This document shows, piece after piece, positions 19,152 to 29,112 of a DNA stretch of 41,265 nt; position 1 is the stretch's first letter; every line of letters starts with the position of its first letter. The stretch is from Actinomycetota bacterium. Its GTDB lineage: Bacteria > Actinomycetota > Acidimicrobiia > Spongiisociales > UBA4744. The notes beneath the pieces are model-generated. The model had not been told where the DNA came from and searched no databases. It was given only the letters and a program-made list of their open reading frames with translations. The stretch spans positions 1 through 41,265 of the forward strand of contig JAADGS010000046.1 in the NCBI GenBank assembly GCA_013152275.1. The letters are read 5' to 3'. A program made the translations under genes and the position numbers.

Positions 19152-19164
19152 GTTGCTCTCCTCG

Positions 19165-19971
19165 TCAGAGAGAGGATTGTCGCAGGAAGCCGGCGACGAT
19201 GTCGTTCCAGCGGGCGGGCCGTTCGAAATAGGGTGAGTGGCCGGTGTTCTCCACGACTGCCACCTCGCTTCCGTCGATGAATCCGGCGGCAGACTCGATC
19301 AGCGGCGGAGGGAATATCGGGTCGCGCTCACCGACCACGAAGAGTGTCCGAGCTTTCACTTGCGCGGCCCGGTCGGTGTGGTCGGTTGTCATGAGCAGCG
19401 GGATGATCTCCATCGGTGGCGGAGGCTCGGTGAGGCTACCCAACTGCGTGTAGAGGAACGAATGCGCCGGGTCTTCGTCGAGTAGTTGGGACCCGATCGC
19501 CGGATGAAGGCCGAGGGCCAGTCGGTCGGTCGGCGGCCCTGCGGCGATCTCCCGTCCGTAGTCGTCGAGCGTCCGGCGGATCTGCGGCGTGAAGATCCCG
19601 GCGGTGGTATCGGCCAGAACCAGTGAGATCGTACGGTCCGGATGGTCGATCGCGAAACCGAGTGCAGACCAGCCACCCATCGACTGCCCGACAATGTGAG
19701 CCCGGTCGATATCGAGATGATCGAGTAAACGCGCCATGTCGCCCACGGATGGAACCGGCCCGATATCTCCAGTGATACGGGTCGACCGGCCGAAACCACG
19801 CTGATCCCATGTGACAACCCGATAACGCGGCGCCAGGAAGGCCACTTGCTGATACCAGACCGCGTGGCTCCCGCCCATGCCATGCCCCAGGATCACCGCT
19901 TCGTCGCCGTCTCCCCAGCACTCGAAGTAGATCCGTTCGGTACCGGAGTCGATGAAACCGCATGTCGACAT
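19165..19971 (-). CDS. Alpha/beta fold hydrolase
   Basis: HGMGG, WDQRGFGRS, GQSMGG nucleophile elbow, GHSPYFE. Confidence 0.9.
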   Translation of the reverse strand: MSTCGFIDSGTERIYFECWGDGDEAVILGHGMGGSHAVWYQQVAFLAPRYRVVTWDQRGFGRSTRITGDIGPVPSVGDMARLLDHLDIDRAHIVGQSMGGWSALGFAIDHPDRTISLVLADTTAGIFTPQIRRTLDDYGREIAAGPPTDRLALGLHPAIGSQLLDEDPAHSFLYTQLGSLTEPPPPMEIIPLLMTTDHTDRAAQVKARTLFVVGERDPIFPPPLIESAAGFIDGSEVAVVENTGHSPYFERPARWNDIVAGFLRQSSL

Positions 19972-20320
19972 CGCGTGGGAGAGTAGACGCGGGGCGAGTC
20001 GGACGCTCAACCTCTGATCCCATGACCCAGCGCGAGATGCTGTCAAGCCCCCTGGGCCTGCTCGCTCCGCCCGGCTTGATTGCGTTGAGTCCCGGATCCC
20101 GGGGGAATAGGTGCATCTTCGGACTTTCGGCTGTGACCGGCGAGGACATCTACGACGCCCTGACATGCCGCCTCGACTGGACGGCGGATAACCTCGGGCA
20201 GCGGCTCGAAGAGTCCTTCAACGGACTGCCTCTCATCGACTCGAGGCCACGAGCGCAGAGGCCGACCCACACACCACCAGCCGGGATCCACACCCGTTGT
20301 CGCGTCGGGGCGCGCAAGTG

Positions 20321-20455
20321 GCTGCGGACCCCCACGCGCGGCGTTTGGAGATCTACGGATCACGAGGTTGGAGTTCGAGTCCCTCCGAGCGTGCCGAGAG
20401 ATCCCTGCTCCACTTCACCCTGTGTTGCGAACGCCTCCGGCAGGCGGTTGGTCGA
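20321..20455 (+). repeat. att-like composite site copy 5
   Basis: GCGGAC at 20324; TTGGAGAT-CTACGGA-TCACGAGGTTGGAGTTCGAGTCCCTCCGAGCGTGCCG at 20345-20396; CCCTGCTCC as in copy 1; GCGGTTGGTCGA resembling the copy 3 right flank. Confidence 0.87.
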
Positions 20456-20885
20456 GCCGAGTGACGGTGGAGCTTGGGTCCCGCTCGAAACTTCGAGATG
20501 TACGCGTCGATCGTGCCGAAGTGTGTCCCGCCGTCGAGTCCGATTCCGTTGCGGCGGTTCATCCATTCCCGAGATACGACACGGTCAAGGAGGTGGTGCA
20601 CCATCTCGGCTGTTGTCGACATGGCTCCCTTGGTGACACGGCGCACCACTTCGCACAACAGGTCGTTGTCGTTGGCCTCGAGTTGCCTGCCTCAGGCACA
20701 TCGATGCATCCGGCGGTCGATGTGCACTTCCTCACGGTCACAGCAACGGACACACGTGAGACCGACGCGATGATCCCCTGCAGGGAGGTGCCGGCGACGG
20801 ATCCTCCAGGCACCGCAACCGTCGACAGAGGGGCGTGGACTCCTCAAGGTCTGTGGCGATCAGTCGATAAATAGCCAGAGATACT

Positions 20886-23633
20886 ATGGAGCGTTACTTG
20901 GACGTGAACCTAGGCCAGAGTCCTGGCGGGCGTGTGGCTTCATCGAGTCAGTTTGCCGAGCTGGCGCGCGCCGTGGTGGCAGGATCCAAGGTGACGATGG
21001 TGTTTCAGCCCATCTTCGATCTTCGAGAACGTCGGGATGGAGGGAGGAGTCCGGTTGGTGTGGAGGCACTGGCCCGGTTCGGGATCGCGGGATCTCCACA
21101 GCTCGTGTTCGACGCCGCCGAGGGGATGGGCCTCGGAGTCGATCTCGAGATTGCGACGTTGCGTGCGGCTCTCGCGTATCTGGATCGGCTGCCGGCCGGG
21201 ATGTTCCTGACTGTGAACGTGTCTGCGACGGCCCTGGCGTCGGGGCGGGTCGGAGAGGCAATCCCTGCGGAGGTGGCAGAGCGTGTCGTGTTGGATCTCG
21301 TGGCGGGCGCGCAAGTGGTCGAGACGTGTGACGAAGCCGGGCTCGACCGTTTGGTGGAGGCCATATCCGATGTGCGCAGGGCGGGAGTTCGGGTGGCGTT
21401 GGACGATGTTGCCATGGCGCCAGAGGTTGTCTCGGATCTGGTGCTGTTGCCATTTGACATCCTCAAGCTGGACCGGGCGGTCGTGAGCGGCATCGACGCC
21501 GACTCCACCAAACAGGCAGCCGCGAGAGCGATCGTAGATCTCGCCGAGACGCTCGGAGTCCCGGTGATGGCCGAAGCGATCGAAACGGAGGCGGAAGCCA
21601 AGGTACTCGTTGAACAGGGTGTGCTGTTCGGTCAAGGATTCCACCTTGGCAGACCCGCCGTCTTCGGTGGGTGGGACGAGGCACGGCCGACATCATCTGG
21701 TAAGCCATTGGAGTGGGCTGCCACAGGACACGGTGTCAGTCAACCAAATGGCGAGTTCTCGCGAGAGGGGCTGCTGGGCTTCGCTTTGGATCGTGCGCCG
21801 ATCGTGGTGTGGGCGATCGACACCGACGGGGTGTTCACCCTGTCGGAGGGGGGAGCTCTCGCCGGGATGGGCGTTGCCCCCGGTGAGGTGGTCGGTCGTT
21901 CGGTGTTTGAGCTGTATGCGGGAAACGCGAGTGTGTTGGAGCCGACTCGTGCAGCCCTTCGGGGTGAGACGTCCGAATCGGTTATGCGGATGGGCTCATC
22001 GGTGTTCAGCACATCGTATGCGCCGCTGCGCGACGGCGAAGGCAGGGTGATCGGAGCTTCCGGCGTGGCGGTGAACATCAACGATGCGGTACGGGCTCGC
22101 GAGGAAGTCGAACGCAGCGAGGCTCGACGACTCGCTCTGTTCGAAACGGCACCGATCGGAGTCTGGGTCGGGACCGCCAACGGGCGACTCATCGAAGTGA
22201 ACGACGGATACCTCGACATGTTCGATATCGCTTCGAAGCAAGAGGCGCTCTCTTTGGATCTGGTTCGGCTCTGGCCGTCACCGGGTCACCGCGAACGGTT
22301 TCAGGATCGACTTCGCAGAGAAGGCGTGATCCGTGGTTTCGAGACAGAACTGATCAGTGCAAAAGGGCGCCCCATCCTCGCGCGAGTGTCGGCACGGTAC
22401 CTCGCGGAGACTGATGAGGTGGAAGGCATGGTCGAGGACATCACGGCAGAGGCCGCGGCGCGTTCGGCCGTTGCCGACTCGGAACGACGTTTTCGTGCCC
22501 TGTTCGAATCGGCACCGATCGCGTTGCAGGTGGAGGACTTCACCGATGTTGTCGCGTGGCTGGACGAGCTCGGCGTTGCTCCAGGCGACCTTGCCGGCTA
22601 CTTCGCCGCCCACCCCGGAAAGATCAGGGAGGGGCTGGGTCTCATCAAGATCACGAACGCGAACCCCGCCGCCATGCAGCTGTTCGGTCTCAAGCGATCG
22701 GAGCATCTCGGGCCACTGTCGAAACGTTCCGCCCTCCCTGCGTTCGCAGACCCCGAAGCAGTTACGTTGCGCAGCATCGCCAACAGAATCGCGACCTTCG
22801 AACGCCGAGCTACGGCCGAGATTCCCGGAAGGGGCGTCATCGATCTCGAGATCCGCTGGACGGCACCGGATCAGGGTGGAACGCCCGACTACTCGCAGGT
22901 GATCGCAGCGTTCGTCGACGTCACGAGTCTGGTCGAAGCAACACGGCGCGCCGAGGAACTCGCCGACATCAAGGGGCGTCTCATGGCGTCCGTGTCACAC
23001 GAACTCCGCACCCCGCTGGCTGCCGTCGTCGGCTTTGCCGATCTTCTCGAAGGAGGACAGTCGTCACTTTCCGAATCCGAAACGGCCGAGGCGATTCATC
23101 TCATCGCGTCGACCAGCCGACAGATGGGCGGCATCGTCGAAGACCTCCTCACCTCGGCAAGAACGGATGTCAGAACCCTGGCAACTGCGCCGACGATGAT
23201 CAGTTTGGGCGATGAACTCAACGCCGCGTTGCCTACCTGCGATACGGAAGACCGGCATGTCCACATACCTGCGGTGGACGCATGGGCGTGGGCGGACAGG
23301 GGCCGCACGCGTCAGATCATCCGCAACCTGATCAACAACGCCATACGGCACGGATCGGGAGACATCCAAATCGAAACCGCCTCCAGTGACGATCAGGTCA
23401 CCCTACGGGTGATCGACCACGGCAATGGGGTCCCCAACGATGACGCCGCGAAGATCTTCGATCTGTACTGGAGTGGGCACGACGCTCCTGGGCACACGAA
23501 CGCGCTCGGAATCGGCCTCAGCCTCTCGCGAACACTCGCCCGACTCATGGGGGGAGACCTGACCTACCGGCGAGATAACGGACGAACCATTTTCGAACTC
23601 ACCCTTCCGGCGTCACCAGCACCCGAACATTGA
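20886..23633 (+). CDS. EAL domain + multiple PAS + histidine kinase (HisKA/HATPase) signalling protein
   Basis: FQPI..VEALARF, LKLDR, AEAIET, GQGF; PAS repeats; H-box SHELRTPL, N-box NLINNA, DHGNG, GIGL. Start uncertain. Confidence 0.88.
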   Translation: MERYLDVNLGQSPGGRVASSSQFAELARAVVAGSKVTMVFQPIFDLRERRDGGRSPVGVEALARFGIAGSPQLVFDAAEGMGLGVDLEIATLRAALAYLDRLPAGMFLTVNVSATALASGRVGEAIPAEVAERVVLDLVAGAQVVETCDEAGLDRLVEAISDVRRAGVRVALDDVAMAPEVVSDLVLLPFDILKLDRAVVSGIDADSTKQAAARAIVDLAETLGVPVMAEAIETEAEAKVLVEQGVLFGQGFHLGRPAVFGGWDEARPTSSGKPLEWAATGHGVSQPNGEFSREGLLGFALDRAPIVVWAIDTDGVFTLSEGGALAGMGVAPGEVVGRSVFELYAGNASVLEPTRAALRGETSESVMRMGSSVFSTSYAPLRDGEGRVIGASGVAVNINDAVRAREEVERSEARRLALFETAPIGVWVGTANGRLIEVNDGYLDMFDIASKQEALSLDLVRLWPSPGHRERFQDRLRREGVIRGFETELISAKGRPILARVSARYLAETDEVEGMVEDITAEAAARSAVADSERRFRALFESAPIALQVEDFTDVVAWLDELGVAPGDLAGYFAAHPGKIREGLGLIKITNANPAAMQLFGLKRSEHLGPLSKRSALPAFADPEAVTLRSIANRIATFERRATAEIPGRGVIDLEIRWTAPDQGGTPDYSQVIAAFVDVTSLVEATRRAEELADIKGRLMASVSHELRTPLAAVVGFADLLEGGQSSLSESETAEAIHLIASTSRQMGGIVEDLLTSARTDVRTLATAPTMISLGDELNAALPTCDTEDRHVHIPAVDAWAWADRGRTRQIIRNLINNAIRHGSGDIQIETASSDDQVTLRVIDHGNGVPNDDAAKIFDLYWSGHDAPGHTNALGIGLSLSRTLARLMGGDLTYRRDNGRTIFELTLPASPAPEH

Positions 23634-23845
23634 GCCGTCCCGATCTCGTTGAGCCCCGTCGGATGCGCATCGGAGGAGCGAGGATGCTTGGTTCGACGGG
23701 TCGGGGCAGAGACTTCGGCGAAGACACGGCATAGCCCTGTCGTCCCTGGGCCGGCATCTGCTCCCGGCTCGGAGAGACCGGTCCGATGTCCGGCGCAGGC
23801 TCCGATTGACAGGCCTTGTTACGCAGAAGGTCGGTAAGGTCCTCG

Positions 23846-25195
23846 ATGATGCAGACCGATGACGGCGACCAAGCGAGATCCAGGGACGGTGGCAGGCGTT
23901 CGATTGGGCTCGTTGGTGCCGTGGCAATCGGGATCGGAGGGATGGTCGGCGGCGGGATCTTCGCCGTGCTCGGTGTCGCGGCAACCGATGCGGGCGGTGC
24001 CACACCGGTGGCGTTCTTGGTCGGCGGGCTGGTCAGCGTTCTGACCGCGATCAGCTACAGCAAGCTCTCCGTAGCTTTTCAGAGTGCAGGGGGCACCGTC
24101 GCCTTCGTCGACCGGATCTTCGGTATCAACGAACTCACGGGAAGCCTGAATGTCGTGTTGTGGGCCGGGTACGTGGCGACCACCGCTCTGTATGCGTCGG
24201 CCTTTGGGCACTATTCGGCAACCCTGTTCCCGGGCGGCACGGACCCTTCCGCCGTTCTGCTCCGGATGCTGATCTTCACGGGGATTCTTTTGCCGTGGCT
24301 GGTCAATCTGACGAACGCGGGGCTCGTTGCCAAGACGGAGGGCGCGATCGTCATGATCAAGTTGATCATCTTGGGTGTCGTGATCGCGGCCGGCATTCCG
24401 GCTGTCTCTCCCACGAAGCTCGCCCCCGGCTCCTGGCCGTCATTGATGGCAGTGGTGGCGGCGGGAATGCTGATCTTCGTTGCCTATGAAGGATTCGAGT
24501 TGATCGCCAATGCGTCGGCCGATGTTCGGGATCCCCGCCGGACGTTGCCGCGAGCGTTTGGTCTGTCCGTCGGGATTGTCATCGTCCTCTACGTTTTGGT
24601 GTCGGCAGTAGTGGTGGGGTCCCTGACGCCCGCACAGATCGCCAGAACGGCCGACTTCGCTCTCGCGCAGGCCGCATCCGCCACACTGGGATCGATCGGA
24701 TTCAGGCTCGTCGCCGTCGCCGCCATGCTCGCGACCCTGTCCGCCATCAACGCCACCCTCTATGGGGCGGCACGCCTCAGCTACACGATCGCGACCGTAG
24801 GCGAACTTCCGGACCGGTTCGAACATCTCAGATGGAACGAGCCGATCGGGTTGCACATCACGGCCGGCGCCGGACTCGCGATTGCCATTGCCCTGCCGCT
24901 GACCAGCATCTCCGCTTTGGCGAGTGCCATCTTTCTCATTGTCTTCACCGTCGTGAACGCCGCCGCGTTTCGTGTTGGACACAAAGCCGGCGTCAGACGG
25001 GGACTGGCGGCGGCAGGTGCCGTCGGTTGCCTCGGGTCTCTCGTGGTTCTCGTCATAAGATCGACGACTCATGATCCGGTCGGGCTGCTTGCGCTGTTCG
25101 GCCTCTTGGCACTGGCCCTCGGCGCCGAGCACCTGATCCTCAAACGTCGACCGCAACGACGGAATCGTCCGATCATCAATCTCGACGGAGACTGA
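23846..25195 (+). CDS. APC family amino acid permease
   Basis: GIGGMVGGGIF, AYEGFE; many hydrophobic helices. Confidence 0.9.
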   Translation: MMQTDDGDQARSRDGGRRSIGLVGAVAIGIGGMVGGGIFAVLGVAATDAGGATPVAFLVGGLVSVLTAISYSKLSVAFQSAGGTVAFVDRIFGINELTGSLNVVLWAGYVATTALYASAFGHYSATLFPGGTDPSAVLLRMLIFTGILLPWLVNLTNAGLVAKTEGAIVMIKLIILGVVIAAGIPAVSPTKLAPGSWPSLMAVVAAGMLIFVAYEGFELIANASADVRDPRRTLPRAFGLSVGIVIVLYVLVSAVVVGSLTPAQIARTADFALAQAASATLGSIGFRLVAVAAMLATLSAINATLYGAARLSYTIATVGELPDRFEHLRWNEPIGLHITAGAGLAIAIALPLTSISALASAIFLIVFTVVNAAAFRVGHKAGVRRGLAAAGAVGCLGSLVVLVIRSTTHDPVGLLALFGLLALALGAEHLILKRRPQRRNRPIINLDGD

Positions 25196-25717
25196 ATCGT
25201 TCTCCAGCCCCGCCCACGTTTCTGGTGTCGCACCGTGACCGTTCGGCACGACGCGACCGAGAGAGGACTGTGGCCGGACCTGGTCGGCGACGTCTGCTCA
25301 CGATCTGTCGACATCGTCCATGAGGACAGGTCCGGTCTCGAGCGGTCGCACTTGTCGAAGTCGTGGGCTTGGCGCTGCTCGCTACCGTTGCCCCGGCCGT
25401 CGATTCGATCCTCGGCGGTCCCGAAGTGGTGTTGGTCGGGCCCGGTGTCGGGCGATCCTCGGGTATCCCCCTCCTCGGGCATCCCCGGCAGCGGGAACCG
25501 AAGCGTGTCACGCGTGCCGGGCGGCCTGCCGGCACTTCGACGTACGCACCCCCCAGGTATGGTGACTGAGCGGACCCCGTCCGACTCACGATGCACGACG
25601 GCGCTCCCTGTCTCTTGCCCGGTTGCCGCCTGGAAGGATCGACCAGAGTCGTCCAATCGCCGGGCGTCGACATATGGATCACCCGGCGACCAAACGAATT
25701 GGCATGGTCGGCAGGTA

Positions 25718-26494
25718 TCAGCCTGGGAAATCCCGCTCAATCGGTGAGGAGATGATGTCGTTGTACTCGTCCCGAGAGATGTAGGTGGGTGTGTACGTCA
25801 CACCGCGCTGGGCGAGCTCCGCGACGAACAGCCGCAGGTGGTTGCGAGACGCCATCTGCGCGACCGCGTAGACGAGAGCGACGTCAGGGACATCGGTCGC
25901 TCGCTGCTGCAGGTCGAAGATATCCATCTCTTCGACGGTCGCGCCGACGGTGAGGGCGGCGACTACGGATTGACTGCCCTCGGCCAGGAACTTGTCGTAC
26001 GCCTTCTGCAGATCCGCATTGGTGAACAGTCCTGTCGGCTCGCCGGCGGCGGGGTCGTCGAGGCTGTACCTCTCCAGCAGTTGTGCGATCGCATCGGTGT
26101 GTGTCTGTTCCGCTGCCGCGATGTTGGCGAAGATCGGGAGTTGCCATTTGTCGTACAGTGCCGTGTACACGTCGTGGCCGAGCTTCTCTTCTTCCCGTGT
26201 CCATAGGAGGTCGTCGATCTGTTGCGAAGTCAGTGTCGAGGTAGGCATTCTCGAGAGGTGGGCCTTCAGCTCCTCGGCACCAACCGATGTGACTCCGGCG
26301 TCATCAACGTAGACGGTGCCGGCAGTGGGGGCAGTGCCGACTTCGGTCACCGTTGTCGTCGGCTCTGTCGTGGTCGACTTCTGGGGAGTTGTCTGAGCCG
26401 AGCACGCGCTCAGTAGGAGCGTGAAAGCAACGGCCACGATCAGACCGATCTTCCACCATCTCTTGGAATCGTTGAGATCGCCGTGTTCGTTCAT
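25718..26494 (-). CDS. DUF2202 ferritin-like domain lipoprotein
   Basis: Lipobox LSAC, Thr-rich linker, REEEKLGHDVY..FANIAAAEQTH, SRNHLR. Confidence 0.85.
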   Translation of the reverse strand: MNEHGDLNDSKRWWKIGLIVAVAFTLLLSACSAQTTPQKSTTTEPTTTVTEVGTAPTAGTVYVDDAGVTSVGAEELKAHLSRMPTSTLTSQQIDDLLWTREEEKLGHDVYTALYDKWQLPIFANIAAAEQTHTDAIAQLLERYSLDDPAAGEPTGLFTNADLQKAYDKFLAEGSQSVVAALTVGATVEEMDIFDLQQRATDVPDVALVYAVAQMASRNHLRLFVAELAQRGVTYTPTYISRDEYNDIISSPIERDFPG

Positions 26495-26811
26495 CTCATC
26501 GCCTCCTTACACTTCACGGAGCGACATACGAGGCGCCTCCTGCGAGGCGCCCCCTGCAGGTCTCTTCGCCCTTGGATCAATGGCCGCGGTTACCCATTCG
26601 ATCACCCAGTCCTTGTTGGGGACCCGCATTGTCACGGATACCGTCGTCGGCATCCACGAAACGGTCGCCGATACGGCCGCCGTCGTTGTCAACCACATTG
26701 TCGCAGATGCCATCACTAATCGAGTCGGCGGACACATCACCGGCTCCGGTTGCGGCGTGGGCCCCCGGCGTCGCTGCGAGGATCGGCCCGGCGTTGGCGC
26801 TAAAGCGTTGC

Positions 26812-26825
26812 CGAACACATGTTCG
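26812..26825 (+). promoter_or_regulatory. LexA (SOS) box
   Basis: CGAAC-ACAT-GTTCG next to -10 TATGAT (26828-26833), which ends 6 nt before the dinB ATG. Confidence 0.85.
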
Positions 26826-26839
26826 TTTATGATGCAGAT

Positions 26840-28081
26840 ATGGTTGACGCGGCCACCATCCTGCATGCCGATCTCGACGCCTTCTATGCCTCGGTCGAAC
26901 AGCTTTTGGATCCGACGCTGCGAGGCAGACCGATCGCCGTCGGCGGCGGAGTGGTTGTTGCGGCTTCCTATGAGGCGAAGGCGTTTGGCGTCCGTGGAGG
27001 CATGCCTGGCCGCCGCGCCCGCGAACTCTGCCCGCAGCTCACGTTCGTCGAGGGCCGTTTCAAGGAGTATCAGCGGCTGGGTGACGCCGTGATCGACGTC
27101 TATCGGGATTTCACGCCCCTGATCGAACGGATCTCGATCGATGAGGCCTTCATGGATGTGGCCGGGTCGACGCACCTCTTCGGCACACCAAGGGAGATTG
27201 CGGCTGCAATCCGGACGCGTGTTCGCGAGGAGATCGGTCTTCCGGTTTCGGTGGGTATTGCTCGGACCAAGCATCTCGCCAAGATCGCTTCGCAGGTGGC
27301 AAAGCCGGACGGACTCGTGCTCGTCGATCCCGAGCGCGAACTCGTGTTTCTTCACGCACTTCCCGTTGAGCTGATGTGGGGAATCGGGCCGGTCACCAGG
27401 GCGCGTCTCGCCGAACAGGGCATCCGCACGATCGCCGAGCTTGCGGCCGTCCCGGGGAAATCCCTCGACTATCTGTTGGGAAAGGCCGCGAGCGCCAAAC
27501 TGGGCTCGCTCGCCTGGAACCGAGACCCCAGGGAGATCGAGAGGCATCAGAAAGCCGCCTCCGTGGGTGCCCAGGCGGCACTCGGGCGCAGAGACGTATC
27601 AGACGAGTTGATTGACCGCACATTGCGACAGCTCGCAGACCGAGTGGCGACTCGCCTTCGTGCCAAGCAGCGAGCAGGTCGCACGGTCACGGTGAAGGTT
27701 CGATTTGCGAACCTGAAGGCGGTTACCCGCTCGGTCACACTGCCGGCCGCCGTGGCCGTCACGGCGATCCTCGCGGAAACCGCCGAGAAACTCGTTCGCG
27801 GGGCCCTTACCGACCATCCTTCCGAAAGAGAGATCTCGTTGCTCGCGATCTCGGTCTCGCAGCTCGTCCACGAGGTGGCGCTGCAGCTCGAGTTGCCTCT
27901 CGACGTGGGTGACGGGCAGTTGCATCCGGGTACCGAGGAAGGCTCGGAACGTTGGGCACTGGACCGCGCCGTCGACAGTGTGCGTGGCCGGTTCGGGAGA
28001 GCGTCCGTCGGTTACGCATCGGTGATCCTCGACGAATCAGATTCCGTGCCCGACGAGTTTCGGGAGCTGGCAGAACACTGA
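26840..28081 (+). CDS. dinB: DNA polymerase IV (Y family)
   Basis: LHADLDAFYASVEQ, ASYEA, SIDEAFMD, AKIAS..KPDG, WGIG. Confidence 0.95.
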   Translation: MVDAATILHADLDAFYASVEQLLDPTLRGRPIAVGGGVVVAASYEAKAFGVRGGMPGRRARELCPQLTFVEGRFKEYQRLGDAVIDVYRDFTPLIERISIDEAFMDVAGSTHLFGTPREIAAAIRTRVREEIGLPVSVGIARTKHLAKIASQVAKPDGLVLVDPERELVFLHALPVELMWGIGPVTRARLAEQGIRTIAELAAVPGKSLDYLLGKAASAKLGSLAWNRDPREIERHQKAASVGAQAALGRRDVSDELIDRTLRQLADRVATRLRAKQRAGRTVTVKVRFANLKAVTRSVTLPAAVAVTAILAETAEKLVRGALTDHPSEREISLLAISVSQLVHEVALQLELPLDVGDGQLHPGTEEGSERWALDRAVDSVRGRFGRASVGYASVILDESDSVPDEFRELAEH

Positions 28082-28085
28082 CTCT

Positions 28086-28138
28086 CTGAACCCAGGGCTC
28101 GTAGGGGTCGTGGCGACCCCCCTGAGCCCAGGGTTCAG
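28086..28138. terminator. Long imperfect hairpin between convergent genes
   Basis: CTGAACCC-A-GGGCTC..GGGGTCG-TGG-CGACCCC..GAGCCC-A-GGGTTCAG. Confidence 0.65.
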
Positions 28139-28140
28139 CG

Positions 28141-29112
28141 TTACACGAGGTTGGCGAGTCGGTCCGAGATGACCTGAGAGGCCTCGGTCATGATGCGATC
28201 GATGAGTTCTCCCACGGTCGGGATGTCATGGATCAAGCCGATGATCTGGCCGACGGCCATCGTCCCCTCATCGACGTTGCCGTTCCGGATGACCTCTTCA
28301 AGGCCCCTGCGACCAGACACGTAAGGGATGATGTCCTGGATCGTTGCATGACCGGTCGATTCGATCTCGATCACTTTCTCCGCCGTCTTGTTGCGGAGGA
28401 CGCGCTCGGTGTTGCGAAGCGTTCGCATGATCAGGGTCGTGTCGGTCTCGTTGTGGTCGAGGATCGCCTGCTTCACCGCGTCGTGGACCGGAGCTTCCTT
28501 GGTCGCGACGAAGCGCGTCCCCATGTTCATCCCGTCGGCACCCAGGGCCAGCGCTGCGACGAGCCCCCGGCCGTCGCCGAAACCTCCCGAGGCCACGATG
28601 GGGATGTCGAGAGCGTCGACCGTCACCGGGAGCAGGACCAGCGATGTGACATCGTCCTCACCTGGATGGCCTGCGCATTCGAAACCGTCGATCGATACCG
28701 CATCGCAGCCGATCGCCTGGGCTTTGAGCGCGTGACGAACCGAGGTGCATTTGTGGATCACCTTTATGCCGGCGGCCTTCAGGTGGGGCATATATGGTTC
28801 CGGGTTGCGGCCGGCCGTCTCGATGAACTCGATTCCCTCTTCAGCGCACACCCGGAGGTAGGCGGGGTAGTCGGGCTGACGCAGCGACGGCAGGAACGTG
28901 AGGTTGATCCCGAACGGCTTGTCGGTCATGTCCCTGCACTTGCGGATCTCGTTGCGAAGACCATCCGGTGTTTCGTGGCTGAGGGCAGTCATGAAACCCA
29001 TGGCTCCTGCGTTGGCGACTGCGGAGGTGAGTTCCGCGGCGGCGATCCACATGAGGCCACCCTGAATGATCGGGTGCTCGACTCCGAACAGATCCGTGAT
29101 TCTGGTCTTCAT
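28141..29112 (-). CDS. Nitronate monooxygenase / FabK-like flavin oxidoreductase
   Basis: PIIQGG, VANAGAMG, DGFECAGHPG, ASGGFGDGRG, MGTRF. Confidence 0.9.
   Translation of the reverse strand: MKTRITDLFGVEHPIIQGGLMWIAAAELTSAVANAGAMGFMTALSHETPDGLRNEIRKCRDMTDKPFGINLTFLPSLRQPDYPAYLRVCAEEGIEFIETAGRNPEPYMPHLKAAGIKVIHKCTSVRHALKAQAIGCDAVSIDGFECAGHPGEDDVTSLVLLPVTVDALDIPIVASGGFGDGRGLVAALALGADGMNMGTRFVATKEAPVHDAVKQAILDHNETDTTLIMRTLRNTERVLRNKTAEKVIEIESTGHATIQDIIPYVSGRRGLEEVIRNGNVDEGTMAVGQIIGLIHDIPTVGELIDRIMTEASQVISDRLANLV

Noticed and set aside
816..20455. CRISPR array or classical integron attC array
   Set aside because: Spacing is kilobases and irregular, I recognise no cas or intI gene, and the repeats are tRNA-derived rather than attC-like.
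20460..20880. Short ORFs after site 5
   Set aside because: No recognisable motifs; possibly gene debris, but unsupported.
25200..25715. ORFs in the gap between the APC permease and the DUF2202 gene
   Set aside because: Arg/Pro/Ser-rich translations typical of spurious high-GC frames; no motif and no att copy seen.
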